Source: Octopus vulgaris
Lineage: Eukaryota
Length of the DNA: 64,000 nucleotides
NCBI GenBank assembly: GCA_951406725.2
Contig: OX597830.1
Span: 36,890,001 to 36,954,000 of the forward strand
Direction of reading: 5' to 3'
In this document: positions 42,881 to 59,312 of the stretch, in pieces
How the letters are laid out: every line of letters begins with the position of its first letter
Position numbering within the stretch: the stretch's first letter is position 1
Position numbers and translations under genes: made by a program
Notes under the pieces: model-generated
Seen by the model: the letters and a program-made list of their open reading frames with translations, nothing else
Databases searched by the model: none
What the model was told of the DNA's origin: nothing

Positions 42881-43739
42881 TACGAGGGGGTACTCAAAAG
42901 AAACCGAAATTTTGCAATATTATTTTATTCACTTAGCTTTACATGTTTACACTTTTACCGCCTTCAAAGTAATCTCCATTTGAAGCAATGCATCTGTCCA
43001 GATGCGTTTTCCACTGTTCGAAGCAGTGCTGGAACTCTTGCAAAATGATGCCTTTTAACGCCTTCGTCATTTTTTTCTTCACCTCTTCCACATCTGAAAA
43101 TTCCGTAGCACCAGCCTTTGACACCAGTGATGACCTTCGAGGAAAGGTCCGGATCAACTTCCAATTGTTCTTTCCGTTTGCGACTTGTATTCTGTTTGTG
43201 ATTGCTTTTGATCTTCTGCGAGGAAGCGAGGCACAAATTTTGCTGAAACTCTTTTCATTCGGAATTCCTCTTTCAAACGTCGATGGCAGGAGCTCCAGGA
43301 CACACCAGTCATATCAAAATCGTCAATTGTTCGGTAACTGTCCTCCAAGATCAATTCATGAATTCCCAAGATGTTTTCATTCATTCGAGAGGTCGACGGT
43401 TGCCGTAAACGGGATTAGTCTCCAAGCGATAAGCGACCATTCCTAAAACGTGTGTTTTGCTCATGGCAGCGTGCTTGTAAGCTGTTTCGCTCCCCAACCC
43501 AGCAGAAAACGGAATTTCACAGAAGTACGCTGTTCCTTTATTTCAGCCATCGCAAAAATAGGGGAGAAGTACTGCTAAGCAAAGACGCACCACGTTGCAG
43601 TACGACATCAGTCGACGCCGCTGGCCGGCAGACTGATGCTTGAGGGTCACATCAAGTGGATTCTAGCGGTGGAAGCCCGAAATACAACTGGCTTGTCCCA
43701 GAGAGAACGTTTCCAGTTACTTCTGGGTACCTCCACGTA
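42881..43739 (-). mobile_element. internally deleted mariner transposon
   Basis: TA-CGAGGGGGTACTCAAAAG and CTTCTGGGTACCTCCACG-TA termini. Peptide relics MKRVSAKFVPRFL (WVPHEL-equivalent) and FQHCFEQWKTHLDRCIASNGDYFEG (mariner C-terminus); the DDD core is missing. Confidence 0.85.
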
Positions 43740-46126
43740 TAATGTAGCTGTAAATATTAAAAGAAACAAATGTTACAACTCTACAGACGAGATAAATAAC
43801 ACGAATAATTATAATCTATTTTAATGATACATTTCTTATATTTATGTACGTGATTCTTCTGGAATAGTTAAATAAATGCCTGTGATGAGGTCGGGTCAAT
43901 TAAATATACTTCAATCCTTCAAAGATTTAGTTTTATTCCGCTGTCACCAATCATACCACTCCTCATGAATAAAGGTTTCTAACGTAGCCATAAAACATAA
44001 ATGAATAACAGTATTTTACTGTTATTATATTCTACAAAGAGTGGAAGCAAACCAACTAGCATCTACGTAGCCCGTGACATACCAATCATCATATATCACC
44101 ATATTGCACTTAAATTAGTATGAAAATATTAAAAAATGTTGCCCTATAAGCACATACAATATTGGTTAGTCACAGCTGGAATGCTTGTTTTCAACGTGTT
44201 TATCTCAGTATATTTGGGGTTTGAAAGAATCCGACTCACCTTTTTTTAAGTTATAAAGGCACAATTTAAAAGACACTAGAACAGGCATGGCACCTAATAT
44301 GTTCCGGTGAGATATGATTTGCATAACAGTGAAAAGAATTCTTAATTTTATTTCAGAATGATGGGATCATTGAATAAAGAAATATCTGAATTAACCAATT
44401 TTTTCAGACATATCTCGAAGTTCATATTGTACATCCTATTACCTAATGGTGAACGCTGCTGAATGATTTTATAGATTTGTCCATCCGAAAGGCAAGGAAA
44501 AGTGTATTTTTTTACATGTATTTTACCCTATTTCCATTTTTTCTTTAAAAACATGTTTATTGTCTATTCACTGACAGTTTTTAATATCCGGATGCAAAAA
44601 GAAAACCTTTTGCAAACTTTACTATAACCATTGTTAATTTTCAGTTTTCACGTATTATGAAATTTGCTGGCAGGTTATAATTTCCGGATTCCAAGAACTT
44701 TTGTCCGTTTTAACTATCAAACATCCTATGTCTTTTTATACTTGTCCCTCTTGTATTTGTTCGGCGGCGTAACTTTCACCAAAATTTCTATTGAATTTTT
44801 CAATTTTGTTTTGGCAGTCTTTTAAATCAGTTTACCTTGAAACGTTTCATATATTTTTGAACGAAACCATTCTCTGCGTGTTTCTTTTATTAACTTCTCC
44901 CTTTTAAAGTTATATGCGCTCGTCCACACATATACTTGTTCACAAGCAATCATTTCTGCCAGCGTAAGTGTGCTTCTCTGTATTTACATTTCTGTGTGTC
45001 TGAGTGTGTATGTGTGTGTGTATGTGTGTGAGTGTCTGTGTGTGTGAGTGTGTGCATGTGTGTTTATATATATATGTGTGTGTTTGTTTATATATATGTG
45101 TGTGTGTGTGTAAATATATATATAAATATATATATATATATATTTATATATACGTGTGTATGTGTACATACATGCATGCCTAAATACATGCATATACTCA
45201 TTTATGTATGAGAGTCTGTGGCCTAAATGTGTGTGTGTATAGCTAGATCTATTTACATTATAACGATTTATTTTAGCGCATTTTGTTGACCATTTTAACG
45301 CATACATTTTCTTCAATGTTTATTTCAGTCGAATGTATTACTTATGCGGTTTTTTTTCCGCATATATGCTTGGTAATGTCTGTAATGTTATTTTTTTTAT
45401 GCATTTCTGATGTATTTCCTTTATGTTTATATTCTACGTGTTTATGTGCTCACGAAAATCCGATTCTTTTAAAGAATTTTTTTCTTCTTCCACTTCTTCG
45501 ACTTTTCTTATTTTTCTTTAACTCTTATTTACTCTCCTTTTCAACATCTTTCTCCTCTTCCTTCGTCTCTTTCTCATCCACCTATTCCTTTTCTCTTTCT
45601 ACATTTCACTCCCTCTTACTTTTCCTTTTTTTTTTTCGTAAGCTCCTACATCGCAACTCAAATTCTCCTCTTCGCTTGATTTTCTCTTCTACATTCTCCT
45701 CCTCCTCCATCCCATCCCCTCTCTCGTTTCCCCTCTTTCTCTTCCTTTTTTACTTTGCCCAAATCACCTCTCTCATATTTCTATAATATATATTTACATA
45801 TATTTTTATGTAAATCATGAGATGTTTATATTTGTGTAGTGTTATACGAAATATCCAACAAGATCCTTTCATTTTCTAGAGTTATGGACAAGCTATATTC
45901 AGTCAATATCAGATATTTGCTTTGATTTTTTTTTTATTATGGAAACCTTTAAATATCATTGAAATATTCCCATTTCCTTCATTTTCGCTCGAAGATCGAG
46001 AACGAGAAACGTGGAGTAATAGTTCGTGAAGTTTTATAGTTCTAATAAAAATTTTAGGTGTTATTTTATCAGTGAGTTCTCTCTTTTAGTCTACTTGTTT
46101 GAACTAATCTATCTATCTATCTATCT

Positions 46127-46192
<66 letters not shown>

Positions 46193-46487
46193 CATATATA
46201 ATGTATATAAATATATATATATACATACATACATATATATATATACATATATATACATATATAATGTATATAAATATATATATATATACATACATACATA
46301 TATATATATATTATATATACATATATAATGTATATAAATATATATATATATATACATACATACATATATATATATATATACATATATATGTATATACATA
46401 TATATGTATATACATACATATATATATACATATATATACATATATATATATACACATACACACATACACACACACATATATATATAC

Positions 46488-48004
<1,517 letters not shown>

Positions 48005-49184
48005 CAATAAAAGACCCCTTCGGTTATGAATGACCATGAGATTGCACTTGAAAACTTACCCCACGAAGCATAAGTCTGGGCAAGGTTTCCTCTGCTCTCC
48101 ACGGCACCGATGTTATCGAACTGTAAGGCAAAGGCCGATACAGCTCGGCGCCAGTAACGTTGTAACTCATTTCTACATCTGAGTGAACTGGAGCAATCTG
48201 AAATACTATGGATGTATGAAAAGTCTTGAGCCTCACAAAAAAAAAAAAAACAAAAAAAACATGGTACAAGACTTCTGATGAAGGTGCAAGACTTCAAAGC
48301 TCAAAACTTTTCATACACGCCTCGTAAAGTGTCTTGCTTAAGAACAAAACACACAACCAGGTCCAGGAATCGAATTCACTACTGCATGATTGTGAGCTCA
48401 ACCACTGACTATGCGTCTTCACACACACACGCACACACACACACACACACACATACCCTTATGTACTTGCTTTTCTGTATAGTCTACTCCATGCATGCGT
48501 GTGTTCGTCTTAATGGTTACGTGCTTGTTTATCTAAATGTTCATTATGCTATTTCTTTCCTTGCATGGCTGCAGTTATTTACATGTGTGAGCGCATGAAC
48601 GTATGCATAAGAAGCCTTATGAACTCATACATCATTATTGACCAAAAAATTCAGTCATTCTAAATAAAGAATATTTTATTAATGCTTTCATACTAAATAA
48701 TCTTTGGTTGACGCTATTCTTTTTACTTTCCTCTTTCCTCTACTTAACGTTTATTTCTAAATACGTATTTACATGAAAATCGTATTTCATTTCTGTATTT
48801 CTGTATTTCTAAAAAGTCTCTTAAATTTTATCTTTTTATCCTTCACTCACCAAATCTTTAAGTCTTATGACATTCTAACTCTACCCTTTTTTGCTATGGC
48901 GCCATCACGGAAAGATAATCCTCTGTGCTTGTGTTGAAACTTTTTAGGCTCTTTTAGGAAATGTGAGTAGAAGTTATTCTCAAAACAGACACATGTCTTG
49001 ACTGGTTGCGTTAGCGTAGACTTCACTAAAGTTACCCGAGGAACAAGCCATGGTTAAAAAAACAAAAAAACAAGGAAACATGAAAACTACAAACTAAGCT
49101 GTATATTTGTATATGTCAGGATTTGAACTCAAAGTATAAAACTACACAAGGAATTCTGTCGCAGAATTCAATAATTCTTTTCTA

Positions 49185-49525
49185 CTCTAAATCTTTGGAG
49201 AGGTGGGGGTCCAGTCGATTAGATCGATTTCAGTACACAACTAGTACTTGATTTATCGACCCCGAAAGGATGACAAGCACAGTTGACCTTGGCCCAATTT
49301 GAACTCAGAACGTAAAGACATACGAAATACCTATTTCTTCACAACCCACAAGGGGCTAAACACAGAGGGGACAAACAAGGACAGACAAACGGATGAAGTC
49401 GATTATATCAACCCGTGGTGCGCAGCAGCTGGTACTTATTTTAATCGACCCCCGAAAGTATGAAAGGCAAAGTCGACCTCGGCGGAATTTGAACTCTGAA
49501 CGTAACGGCAGACGAAATACCGCTT
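49185..49525 (-). mobile_element. SINE family B copy
   Basis: TCGACCCCGAAAGGATGA and GAAAGGCAAAGTCGACCTCGGCGGAATTTGAACTC core, duplicated. Confidence 0.82.
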
Positions 49526-49856
49526 GGAGGATTTAATAATTATGCTAGTCAATCACTTTAGACTAAGCGCTTTATTTACCGACTTCAGAAATGGGGTGGG
49601 GGTATAAACTTGAGCTCGATACGATTCGAACACTGAATGTAACGAAGCGAAATAAATGCAACTCAAGGTATTTCATCACTTTATCGCTCATACACACACA
49701 CGTCTCCCAATACAACTATATCGATATGTGAATATATACATACACACACACACGCACACATACACACACACACGCACACATACACACACACACACATACA
49801 CACACACACACGCACACACACATACTATTCTTTTATTTTTTACTTGTTTCTATATA

Positions 49857-50019
<163 letters not shown>

Positions 50020-50022
50020 GTC

Positions 50023-50068
<46 letters not shown>

Positions 50069-50437
50069 CTATGAATACAACTCTGTATATACATAAATGT
50101 ATACATATTTACTGATGATATATCGTTTCCGTTAATGTCCTGTATCTTAGCGACTCAGTACAGAGAGAGTTCCATAAAATAATTACCGAACTAACGCCCT
50201 TAAACGCCGTTCCTCAAAATGTCATCCGTCCAATAACCGAAAAGAGAAAACAATAAAAGTATATTTCTGCCTGTGTCCTGGCAAACTCGTACGCCAATGA
50301 CTGAAATCAGTGAAAAAATGAAAGAATAATTTAAGCACCAGAAACGATAATCAGTGCCTATTTCTTTTATTCAATAAAGATTTTATTAGTCAATTTTCAG
50401 TTTATTTTCGGCGTCGCATTAATACTGAATGTATTCA

Positions 50438-50473
<36 letters not shown>

Positions 50474-50569
50474 TACATACATACATACATGCATACATAC
50501 ATACATACATACATGCATGCATACATGCATACATACATACATACATACATACATACATACATGTATGTA

Positions 50570-50753
50570 ACTTTTACTAGGTTCAGTCATTTTGACTGCG
50601 GCTATGCTGGAGCACCACTTTTGGGACTTATTCTTTGTAATAAGTGCTTGTTCTATCGAATATTTTTTGCCGAAGCACTAAGTTTCGTGGACGTTAACAT
50701 ATCAAGATCGGTTGTCAAGCCATAGTGGGCAGGGGACAAAGACAGACGGACAA

Positions 50754-50818
<65 letters not shown>

Positions 50819-50960
50819 CGACAGTCTTCTTTCAGTTTCCATCTACCAAATCCACTCTCAAGGCTTTAGTCAGCCCGAGGCTACAGTAGGAGACACTTGC
50901 TCAAGATGCCACCTCCGACCGCGAGTCCGCTGCCCTAACCACTAGGCCATTGCGACCCCA
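50570..50960 (-). mobile_element. SINE family A body joined to a family C head
   Basis: Family A sequence runs to GACACTTGCTCAAGATGCCAC (~50912), then CGACCGCGAGTCCGCTGCCCTAACCACT as at 20472-20499. Confidence 0.7.
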
Positions 50961-51052
50961 CGTTTGCCAATCTACAGGTAGGAATATTATGAAAATTGGG
51001 CTTATAGTCTTCTAAAGTAATAAACGCCTCTCTCTCTTAGCTAAGCGTTCTA

Positions 51053-51099
<47 letters not shown>

Positions 51100-51339
51100 C
51101 ACGCAAACATCCATACACAGAAAAACAGAAAAGTCAGACCGCAACATCATATCATGAAAGGAGTCCCAAACCCAAAATATTGAAATACAAGGCAAAAGTG
51201 TAAACCATTCCCTTATCGTTTCTTATAACTTGCACAGACTTGGCTTTAATAAAAAGAAAAAAAAAAAACCAACTGAAAATACTTACATATGTGTATGTTA
51301 TGGTTTTAGTTGTAGGACTGCGTGCATGATGGAGTACTT

Positions 51340-51570
51340 CCTTGAGCTATTTTCTTTCAGTTATGTTGTCGATTTATGGCTGGAAATTGCTCTGTAATTG
51401 TGTTTGTCGCAGCGGATCTTTCCCGAGTCCATACTTGAGTGGTGGGCTGGCCAGGTAACATCGATAGGAGTTTCTTTAATGTCTTTTTTTTAATGTTTCA
51501 GTGGAGGTCCCTTTTATATTTCTTATTTCTTCAAGTAGGCAGTTGAACAATTGAGGACTTCTAAATATCA
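51340..51570 (-). mobile_element. LINE 3'-end fragment
   Basis: Minus-strand peptide SPQLFNCLLEEIRNIKG...LPGQPTTQ resembles the C-terminal tail (PRLFNSLP..IRN..PDQP) of invertebrate non-LTR RT ORFs. Confidence 0.5.
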
Positions 51571-51933
51571 GACTGGTACAATAGACTATATATATATATA
51601 TTTAATATTATATAGAATTTTGGAAGATTCGACGCTCGGTGTTAAATTATTAAGGTGTATTCTCTTCAAGAAATATTTCTCATTCTCCTTCAAAATACTG
51701 GATAATTTAACAAGAAAATTCTCCCTTGATATCATTACTTACTATTAGGTATTTAATCAATAAAATCACTTTTCATTTATTTGTTTTTTAAATTCGCTTT
51801 TGGTTTTCGATGGTGAGCACAAATTATTGAACGAGTGTATGAATACGTGTGTGGCTGTATGCTAATGTGTATGCTCGTATATAGGCATATGTGTAAGTGT
51901 TTGAAAACTGAGAGAAAGGAACATATACATGCT

Positions 51934-51994
<61 letters not shown>

Positions 51995-52093
51995 GTGTGT
52001 GTGTGTCAATATATACATATATATTATGCATATGTATGTGTATATATCATGCATATATATGTGTGTATATATATACATTTTTATTATGTGTGT

Positions 52094-52132
<39 letters not shown>

Positions 52133-52247
52133 CGTATGCATGTATGTATCTGTCTGTCTGCCTATCTCTCCTTGTGTTTGTCTGATTGTCCGTCTGTCTC
52201 ACTATGTATCTGTCTGTCTATACTGCAGTTTTAAATCTTTATATGTA

Positions 52248-52308
<61 letters not shown>

Positions 52309-52389
52309 GCACATATATATTTAAAGATATATGTATATATATGCATACATACGTACATACATACATATGTACATGTATGTACGTATATA

Positions 52390-52435
<46 letters not shown>

Positions 52436-52520
52436 TATATACACATATATATTTCATTTTGAAATCCTTATATTTTCTCTCTCTCTCACTCCCCCTCTAT
52501 ATATGTGTGCGTGTATAGTG

Positions 52521-52578
<58 letters not shown>

Positions 52579-53258
52579 TGTATATGTGTATTAAGTAAAG
52601 TCTAGTCTAGTACTTTCCCTCAGGATGATTCTCTCTTCGTGTCACTGCATAAGCAAAACACCCATATACGAAACTCAAACACACACACTCACTCTTACAC
52701 ACTCACATACCCATACACACAAACACATATGCACAAAGACACACAACACGCACGAACACACACACACACATATCTATGTATGTATTTATACTCACATATG
52801 TAAAAAGCCCGAAGCATTTTATTGATAGTCTATAGAATATTTGACACAGCACAGTTCTTACATTAGCAAATTATTTCAACTATCGCAAGTCGTATGCATC
52901 ACAGCTCTTCAGTTTTTTGAGACTCTAATGAAATCGATGTCTCAACTACACAAAGGAGAACCAGTTGGGGAATTAGACAAAGTGATGTGCTGTTAGCCAT
53001 ATTATAATAATACTCTAATGTATATTTTTTTTTAAAGTTCCATTGTGTCATATTTTAATTTTTGCTTTCCTGTGTATTTTTCTATCGTTCATAATGCCGC
53101 AGGTACCAGCAAGTCTCACGTAACAATATCTAACTTTAAAAATGAAATTTAAGACATACAAAAAAATAACAACACTAATTCTGGATTGCTGTTGTTGTTA
53201 TTATCATCCTCGTTATTATTGTGGTTGTTGTTGTTATTATTATTATTATTATTATTAC

Positions 53259-53289
<31 letters not shown>

Positions 53290-54727
53290 GTTGTCATTGT
53301 TAGTACTATTAGTAGTTATAGTAGTCGTCGTCATTTCATTGCGTGCATTTACACAATGTACTAAAAAAAGTAGCTCTGTGTGCCATCTCAAGTACAGTGT
53401 TTTGTTTTATTTTCATTTTATATTTTTCTTTGCATTAAAAATACTTTAGTGCAGTGTATAGTAATATTATTTTCAGTATATTTTATATATGTGTAAAAAA
53501 CTGGAATCCTGGTTATGTTTGTCGGCATCATATTTAATCATTCTCAAGTCACTGCTATTACGAAGATTGTTTATATTTTTATTAGTCAATGTTCTGGTTA
53601 TTTCTATTGAAGGCTACTTTATATATGGATAGTTTTCCTATTTATTTTTCTAGTAATATGTTATCGTGTGTTAGCAGTAAGACAAATTCTTTTCCTGTTT
53701 GTACTTGTCAGTGATAGTTTGATAATTTCCCTTTATCTTTGGATGTCTCCAAACAAAATTTCCTTTCTAGCTTTGATTACAACACAAGGACAGTTTTTGT
53801 TAATCTCTTCAACTGTATGGTCAGGCATGGTTTTGAGTAACGTAGCTTTGACATCGTTAGCTGTCAGATTTGAAGAATATATCTATCGTTTATTATCCAG
53901 TTTGATTACTAGAAATTACACATTTTCTAATGGATAGTCCTGCAGGATTCTAATCACATAGATGTTGTTTCTTTGATTTAATCTGTTTTTAACTTAGAAT
54001 GTTTAATAATATATTTTATTTAGAGCCTTCCAACAGTCAAGTTTTACAGGGCACTTCCAAATGTATGCACAGGCCTTGGAAAGACATTTTAGCAAAGACT
54101 AGCAGTGTCCCATGCATGCAATTCTCTGCTCTCCCCCGGTATCGATGTTTATCCAAGGGAAGGATCGTCGACGTGGGTCAATACAACATGGCTCTGGTAC
54201 TGTCTTTGTCAGAATGCAAAGAACGGAATAGATACCGCAGGGCACCTTATCTGATAGTGTAACAGTTCTGACAATGTAGGGTCTCAATTTTGCGTTCTTT
54301 TTTATCGACAAGCATGAGGGACAAAATTGATTTCCGCGGGATTTGAACACAGTGCATTATTAGAGCAAAAACCTCGAGATATTTTGTTCAACATTTTAAC
54401 GGCTCTACCATGCACGTTTCATCTAGCATGTTTCTCAAAATTTCCAGGCTATCTAAATTGAAATTTATTGTTTCCTTTTATATTGCAAAGCGTTCAAAAG
54501 TGCTTTCCCAGCTCCCTTATATTTTGGGTGTTTAGCAACAGTATTGAAAATAATCTATTTTTGGATCAGAATAGTGTTACTTTCTGTATATTTTATATAT
54601 GAACAAGAATTGAGATTCTTGTTAGGTGCTTGTCAGCATCGTTTATAATCATAATTAAGGCACATATTGTTTATTATTGAGAGTGTTTAGCCTTTTAACA
54701 CAATATTTTGGTTATCTATATTGACGA

Positions 54728-55030
54728 ATGGAGGTGCAATGGCCCAGTGGTTAGGGCAGCGGACTCACGGTCGGAAGATCGCGGTTTCGATTCCCAGACC
54801 GGGCGTTGTGTGTGTTTATTGAGCGAAAACACCTAAAAGCTCCACGAGGCTCCGACAGGGGCTGGTGGTGACCCCTGTCGTACTCTTTCGCCGCAACTTT
54901 CTCTCACTCTTTCTTCCTGTTTCTTGAGTAACGCTGCGATGGACTGGCGTCCCGTCCAGCTGGGGGGAACACACAGGTCACAGAAACCGGGACACCGGGC
55001 CCATGGCCCTGTTTAGGCTTTAAAAAGGGC
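54728..55030 (+). mobile_element. SINE family C copy
   Basis: TGGAGGTGCAATGGCCCAGTGGTTAGG (A box)...GGTTTCGATTCCC (B box); the body matches 20340-20517 and 40652-40908. Confidence 0.85.
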
Positions 55031-55799
55031 GTCGTTTATCGTTTTATATTGACGAATTCTTTATATTTCGATAACTTTCCTATGTTTTCTAGAGATACAT
55101 TGTGCTACAGGTTCTTTCTCTGTGTTTTTCAGTGATAGCTTGATAATTTTCCTTAATCATGCTTGGATTCCACCCCACACCAAATCATCCAACATTTATT
55201 TGCTTTTAATCAAATTTCTAAAACCACTGCCTTTATTTTATAATAGCTTTCAAGTTTTATCAATCCTTCTCCACGCTTTGCACATGGTAGTTAGATCCTG
55301 GTTAAAAGCTTTAAGATAATGACTTCATAATTTGGTGAGTAGTTTTCATGTTTTACTATCTGCAGTTCGCTTCCATTTAATTATAACGAACATGTAGTTT
55401 ATGGCTGGAACTACTGATTTAATCATATTTATAATCTTGTCTCTGGTATTCTGTTCAGTGCCCGATTTTTACTATCTTCTATATCTGTAGTCAATTTAAA
55501 AAAAAATAATTTTCCTCTTAAATTATGTTTGTTGTATCATAGGAATGTTAACTTCTACGAAGTATATATAAACTAACGGAACATTTTAGAGAGTGACTTT
55601 TAGAGATATTATATGTTCAAATAATATCTGGTTTCAATGTTTAGATCTAATTCTACATTTTGAGTCTTAATTCATTTACTTATTTTTGGAGCTGCTTCGA
55701 CATGTTTCGCTAATTAATTTATAAATATTCTGCTGAAATGGTGCAAGCATCTTTTAGAGGTTCTTCACACAATTTAGCTCGTCACCAGACCGGTATTTC

Positions 55800-57060
55800 T
55801 GTAGCTCACTGTAAGGCGATCGTATACCTTCTTTCTCTGTTTTCCTTGGTTTCTTCCTTTCAGTTGTCCTGTTGGTTGTCACTAAGTCGCTAAAGCTTTG
55901 TCCTTATTTTCTTAAGGGATTTTCTGATAATTTCTGCTCGACTAAGCACGTCAACGTTTGATCCTCTATCAGTTTAGGACATATTCAGAATTCATGTAAC
56001 GAAATATATCTTTGCAGCATTTATATGATTTTGCATGAGTTTCTTGATGTTTCTGGTCACCCAACTCCATATGTAACGATGGGTTCTATGTGTATCTCCA
56101 AGAATTCTTTTTCCAGAAATTCCTTTTGAAAGCCGTTTATTCGACAATATATATTTATCGTCGTCCAAACCGCCACTTACTTTCTTCAATGTTTTCCCAC
56201 CTGATGCAATGGAGGTTTTCAAATATTCAGAACTATCGACTTACTTCATGATTACTCCATTAAAACTTATATTGCAAATTGGTGGTCCTTTCTTGAGATT
56301 GTCCTCGTCAAGTCCATCTTTTCATTCTCACCATTTGCAGAAATAACTGTGTAGTCCTTTCTGCAATGTTGCCATGAGGACTACGCCATCTGTATAACAA
56401 ATACTATTGATAATTTGCTCTCCTGTCACTAACTGGTACACACTTTATAGATCGCACATTTATTTGTATAATAAAACAGGTTTTGTGATAAAACAGCCCT
56501 GCTGTAACTCACTGTTTGCCTTCTCATATATTCTGCTTTAATTTCCAATTTTGGATATTGTTGATTGCTGCCAATAAATGTTTTTGTTGATTCGTAAGTT
56601 CTTCTGTCAAGATTTATATAATCTAACATTTTTAATGATCTTTGCACGGTTTTCTGTATCAGATACTCCCGTAAAATCATTCTACTTTCATTGATGTTTC
56701 GCAGAATGTCCACAATATGCTTTTAATATAGATTTGAAGCACTGTCTGAGTGTCACGACTTGCTCTAAGATTTTTGGCATATGGTTTCTACGAATGATTG
56801 TTCTGCGTAGTTCACATTTTGTTGCTTAGGAATATTTTGACAGTGATGCAAATATTGTGTCAGACATTTCAAAGGCTGAGAGAGAGATGCCTTTTGAAAT
56901 CTGTCCAGCTTTCAGAAATTATTCACTTGGCTTACTATTTTGTCAATTCCAAACCTGAAGATTGTCTTTTAGATTGCAATAGACGGCTACTACAAAATTG
57001 TGATAAAGGACATTCTACAATCTATATTATAGAATATCATACAATTAATATTGAGAGAAT
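55800..57060 (-). mobile_element. highly decayed LINE reverse-transcriptase relic
   Basis: Minus-strand fragments resembling QGCVLS (RAVLSQNLF region) and IINSICYTDGVVL (YADD-like); many stops. Confidence 0.45.
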
Positions 57061-57082
57061 ATATAATCTGAAGGCGTCGAGA

Positions 57083-57378
57083 TTGCAGAAATGTTATCAC
57101 GCCGGGCGAAATACTTAGCGGTATTTCATCTGTATTTCTGAGTTCAAATTCCGCCGAGGTCGACTTTGCCTTTCATCCTTTCGGGGTCGATAAATTAAGT
57201 ACCAGTTACGCACTGGGGTCGATGTAATCGACTTAATCCGTTTGTCTATCCTTGTTTGTCCTCTCTGTGTTAAGCCCCTTGTGGGTAGTAAAGAAATAGG
57301 TATTTCGTTTGTTTTTACGTTCTGAGTTCAGATTCCGCCGAGGTCAACTTTGCCTTTCATCCTTTCGGTGTCGATAAA
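57083..57378 (+). mobile_element. SINE family B copy
   Basis: CACGCCGGGCGAAATACTTAGCGGTATTTC...GAGTTCAAATTCCGCCGAGGTCGACTTTGCCTTTCATCCTTTCGGGGTCGAT, with partial duplication. Confidence 0.88.
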
Positions 57379-57456
57379 CCAAATAATAATAATGATAATA
57401 ATAATAACATCGAAAAATACCTTAGGAATGAGAATCCAGGTTCGAAATTTCCCCAA

Positions 57457-57502
57457 GATATCTGATGAAGGCTGGACGGTATATCAGCCGAAATGTTGTG
57501 TT
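57457..57502 (+). ncRNA. minimal hammerhead ribozyme in a ~190-bp element between (AAT)n and (TA)n
   Basis: GAUAU-CUGAUGA-A-GGCUG/CAGCC-GAA-AUGU-U-GUGUU; stem I is mostly wobble pairs and stem III is a probable decayed ACGU palindrome. Confidence 0.6.
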
Positions 57503-57671
57503 AACAACAAACAAGATGAGGACAAATATCGTCAAATGTAAATAATGTAAATAATGTAAATAATTCCTCATCTCTTAAATATAAAGCTGTATTATATAAA
57601 TATATATATATATATATGTATGTATATATGTATTTATATATGTACATATATATATATGCTTACATATATAC

Positions 57672-57724
<53 letters not shown>

Positions 57725-58227
57725 TATATAAATACATATATATATTTACATATATACATATATATACATATATATGTATACATGTATGTATGTATAAGTG
57801 TACTGTGAGAGCGGAATAATCAGTTATATGGGAGAGAGAGAGAGAGAGGGAGAGAGAAAGAGGGGCAGATTTTCTGTTTATATAGTTATATATTTTCAAA
57901 CTCGTGTCTTTTCAGTTATTGAAGTCGTATAGTTTTATAATTATCATGTTGGCAAAATATTCAAAAGACGTATTTCCTTCATTTTCAATTCATAACAGAA
58001 AGAAGGTCCTTCTACATAGTTATTATTATATATATTACATTTATTTATATCATTGTAATTGTTTTTATTATTGACAGCCGTATATTTATTTCATACACAA
58101 ATTATGATAATGATTAATCTGGTTATTTTGCGGTTGAACAATCAGACAGGGTTTTTGTTTGAAGTTGAGAGACAACAGCACAATTAAAAACCGGTTTATC
58201 GTTTCTGAACTATATGTACGTACATTA

Positions 58228-58296
<69 letters not shown>

Positions 58297-58373
58297 TTAT
58301 ACACAAATATAAAATTGGAGATGGACGAGCTTTATATTGTACTCTACGTTCCAAACGGAATATAGAATAACTG

Positions 58374-58407
<34 letters not shown>

Positions 58408-58426
58408 TATATATATATACATATAC

Positions 58427-58461
<35 letters not shown>

Positions 58462-58533
58462 TGTGTATATATATATATATACATACATATATATATATAT
58501 ATACATATATATATACGTATATATATATACGTG

Positions 58534-58580
<47 letters not shown>

Positions 58581-58581
<1 letters not shown>

Positions 58582-58770
58582 GGCGTAGGAGTGGCTGTGT
58601 GGTAAGTAGCTTGCTTACGAACCACATGGTTCCGAGTTCAGTCCCACTGCGTGGCATACTGGGAAAATGTCTTCTACTATAGCTTCGGAGGTGGATTTGG
58701 TAGACGGAAATTGAAAGAAGCCCGTCGTATATGTGTACGTATGTGTGTATATCTTTGTGTGTCTGTGTGT
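58581..58770 (+). mobile_element. SINE family A copy (5' half)
   Basis: AGGCGTAGGAGTGGCTGTGTGGTAAGTAGCTTGC...GAAAGAAGCCCGTCGTAT. Confidence 0.85.
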
Positions 58771-59312
58771 GTCAATGGGATATTTGGCAAAATTAAAAAA
58801 CACCAGGTCTCTTATATCTATTATATTTTATATATTTTTGCATTTTTTTTAATATCATTAATGTTTTTGTAGTGTTTTTGTCGGGATTTTAATGTCTTTC
58901 CGGTGTTTGCGATATATTTTATCTTAAGTAGCTAAGAAGCCTACAGTTTTTACTTTCATCTGTTTCATGTAGGAAATGAGATTACAGCTAGATAGCATAG
59001 TATTGTAAGTTTGATTATATTATCTGTTATATTTGTCTTCTGCCTATGCTGAAATGATGCACATATGGCCAGGTGATCGCGCGAATCAACTGATCAGGAC
59101 AGAACGTATCTTTATCAGGAGAGGTAAAGATCAAATTAAGAACTCTTTATATCGTGTGTAACACACATTTTCCTGTTCACAACCATGTGGCTTCCAAATA
59201 ATTGGTGTGTACACACGCCAAAGAATATTTGCCATATTTCAGTTGGCGAAATATGTGCTGAAAAACCTGAACTAGATAACATTCTTGCAGATGTATAATT
59301 CTGTAGATTATA

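Noticed and set aside
54728-54800. tRNA-like sequence
   Set aside because: It is the head of a multi-copy SINE that continues into a shared body, not a stand-alone tRNA gene.
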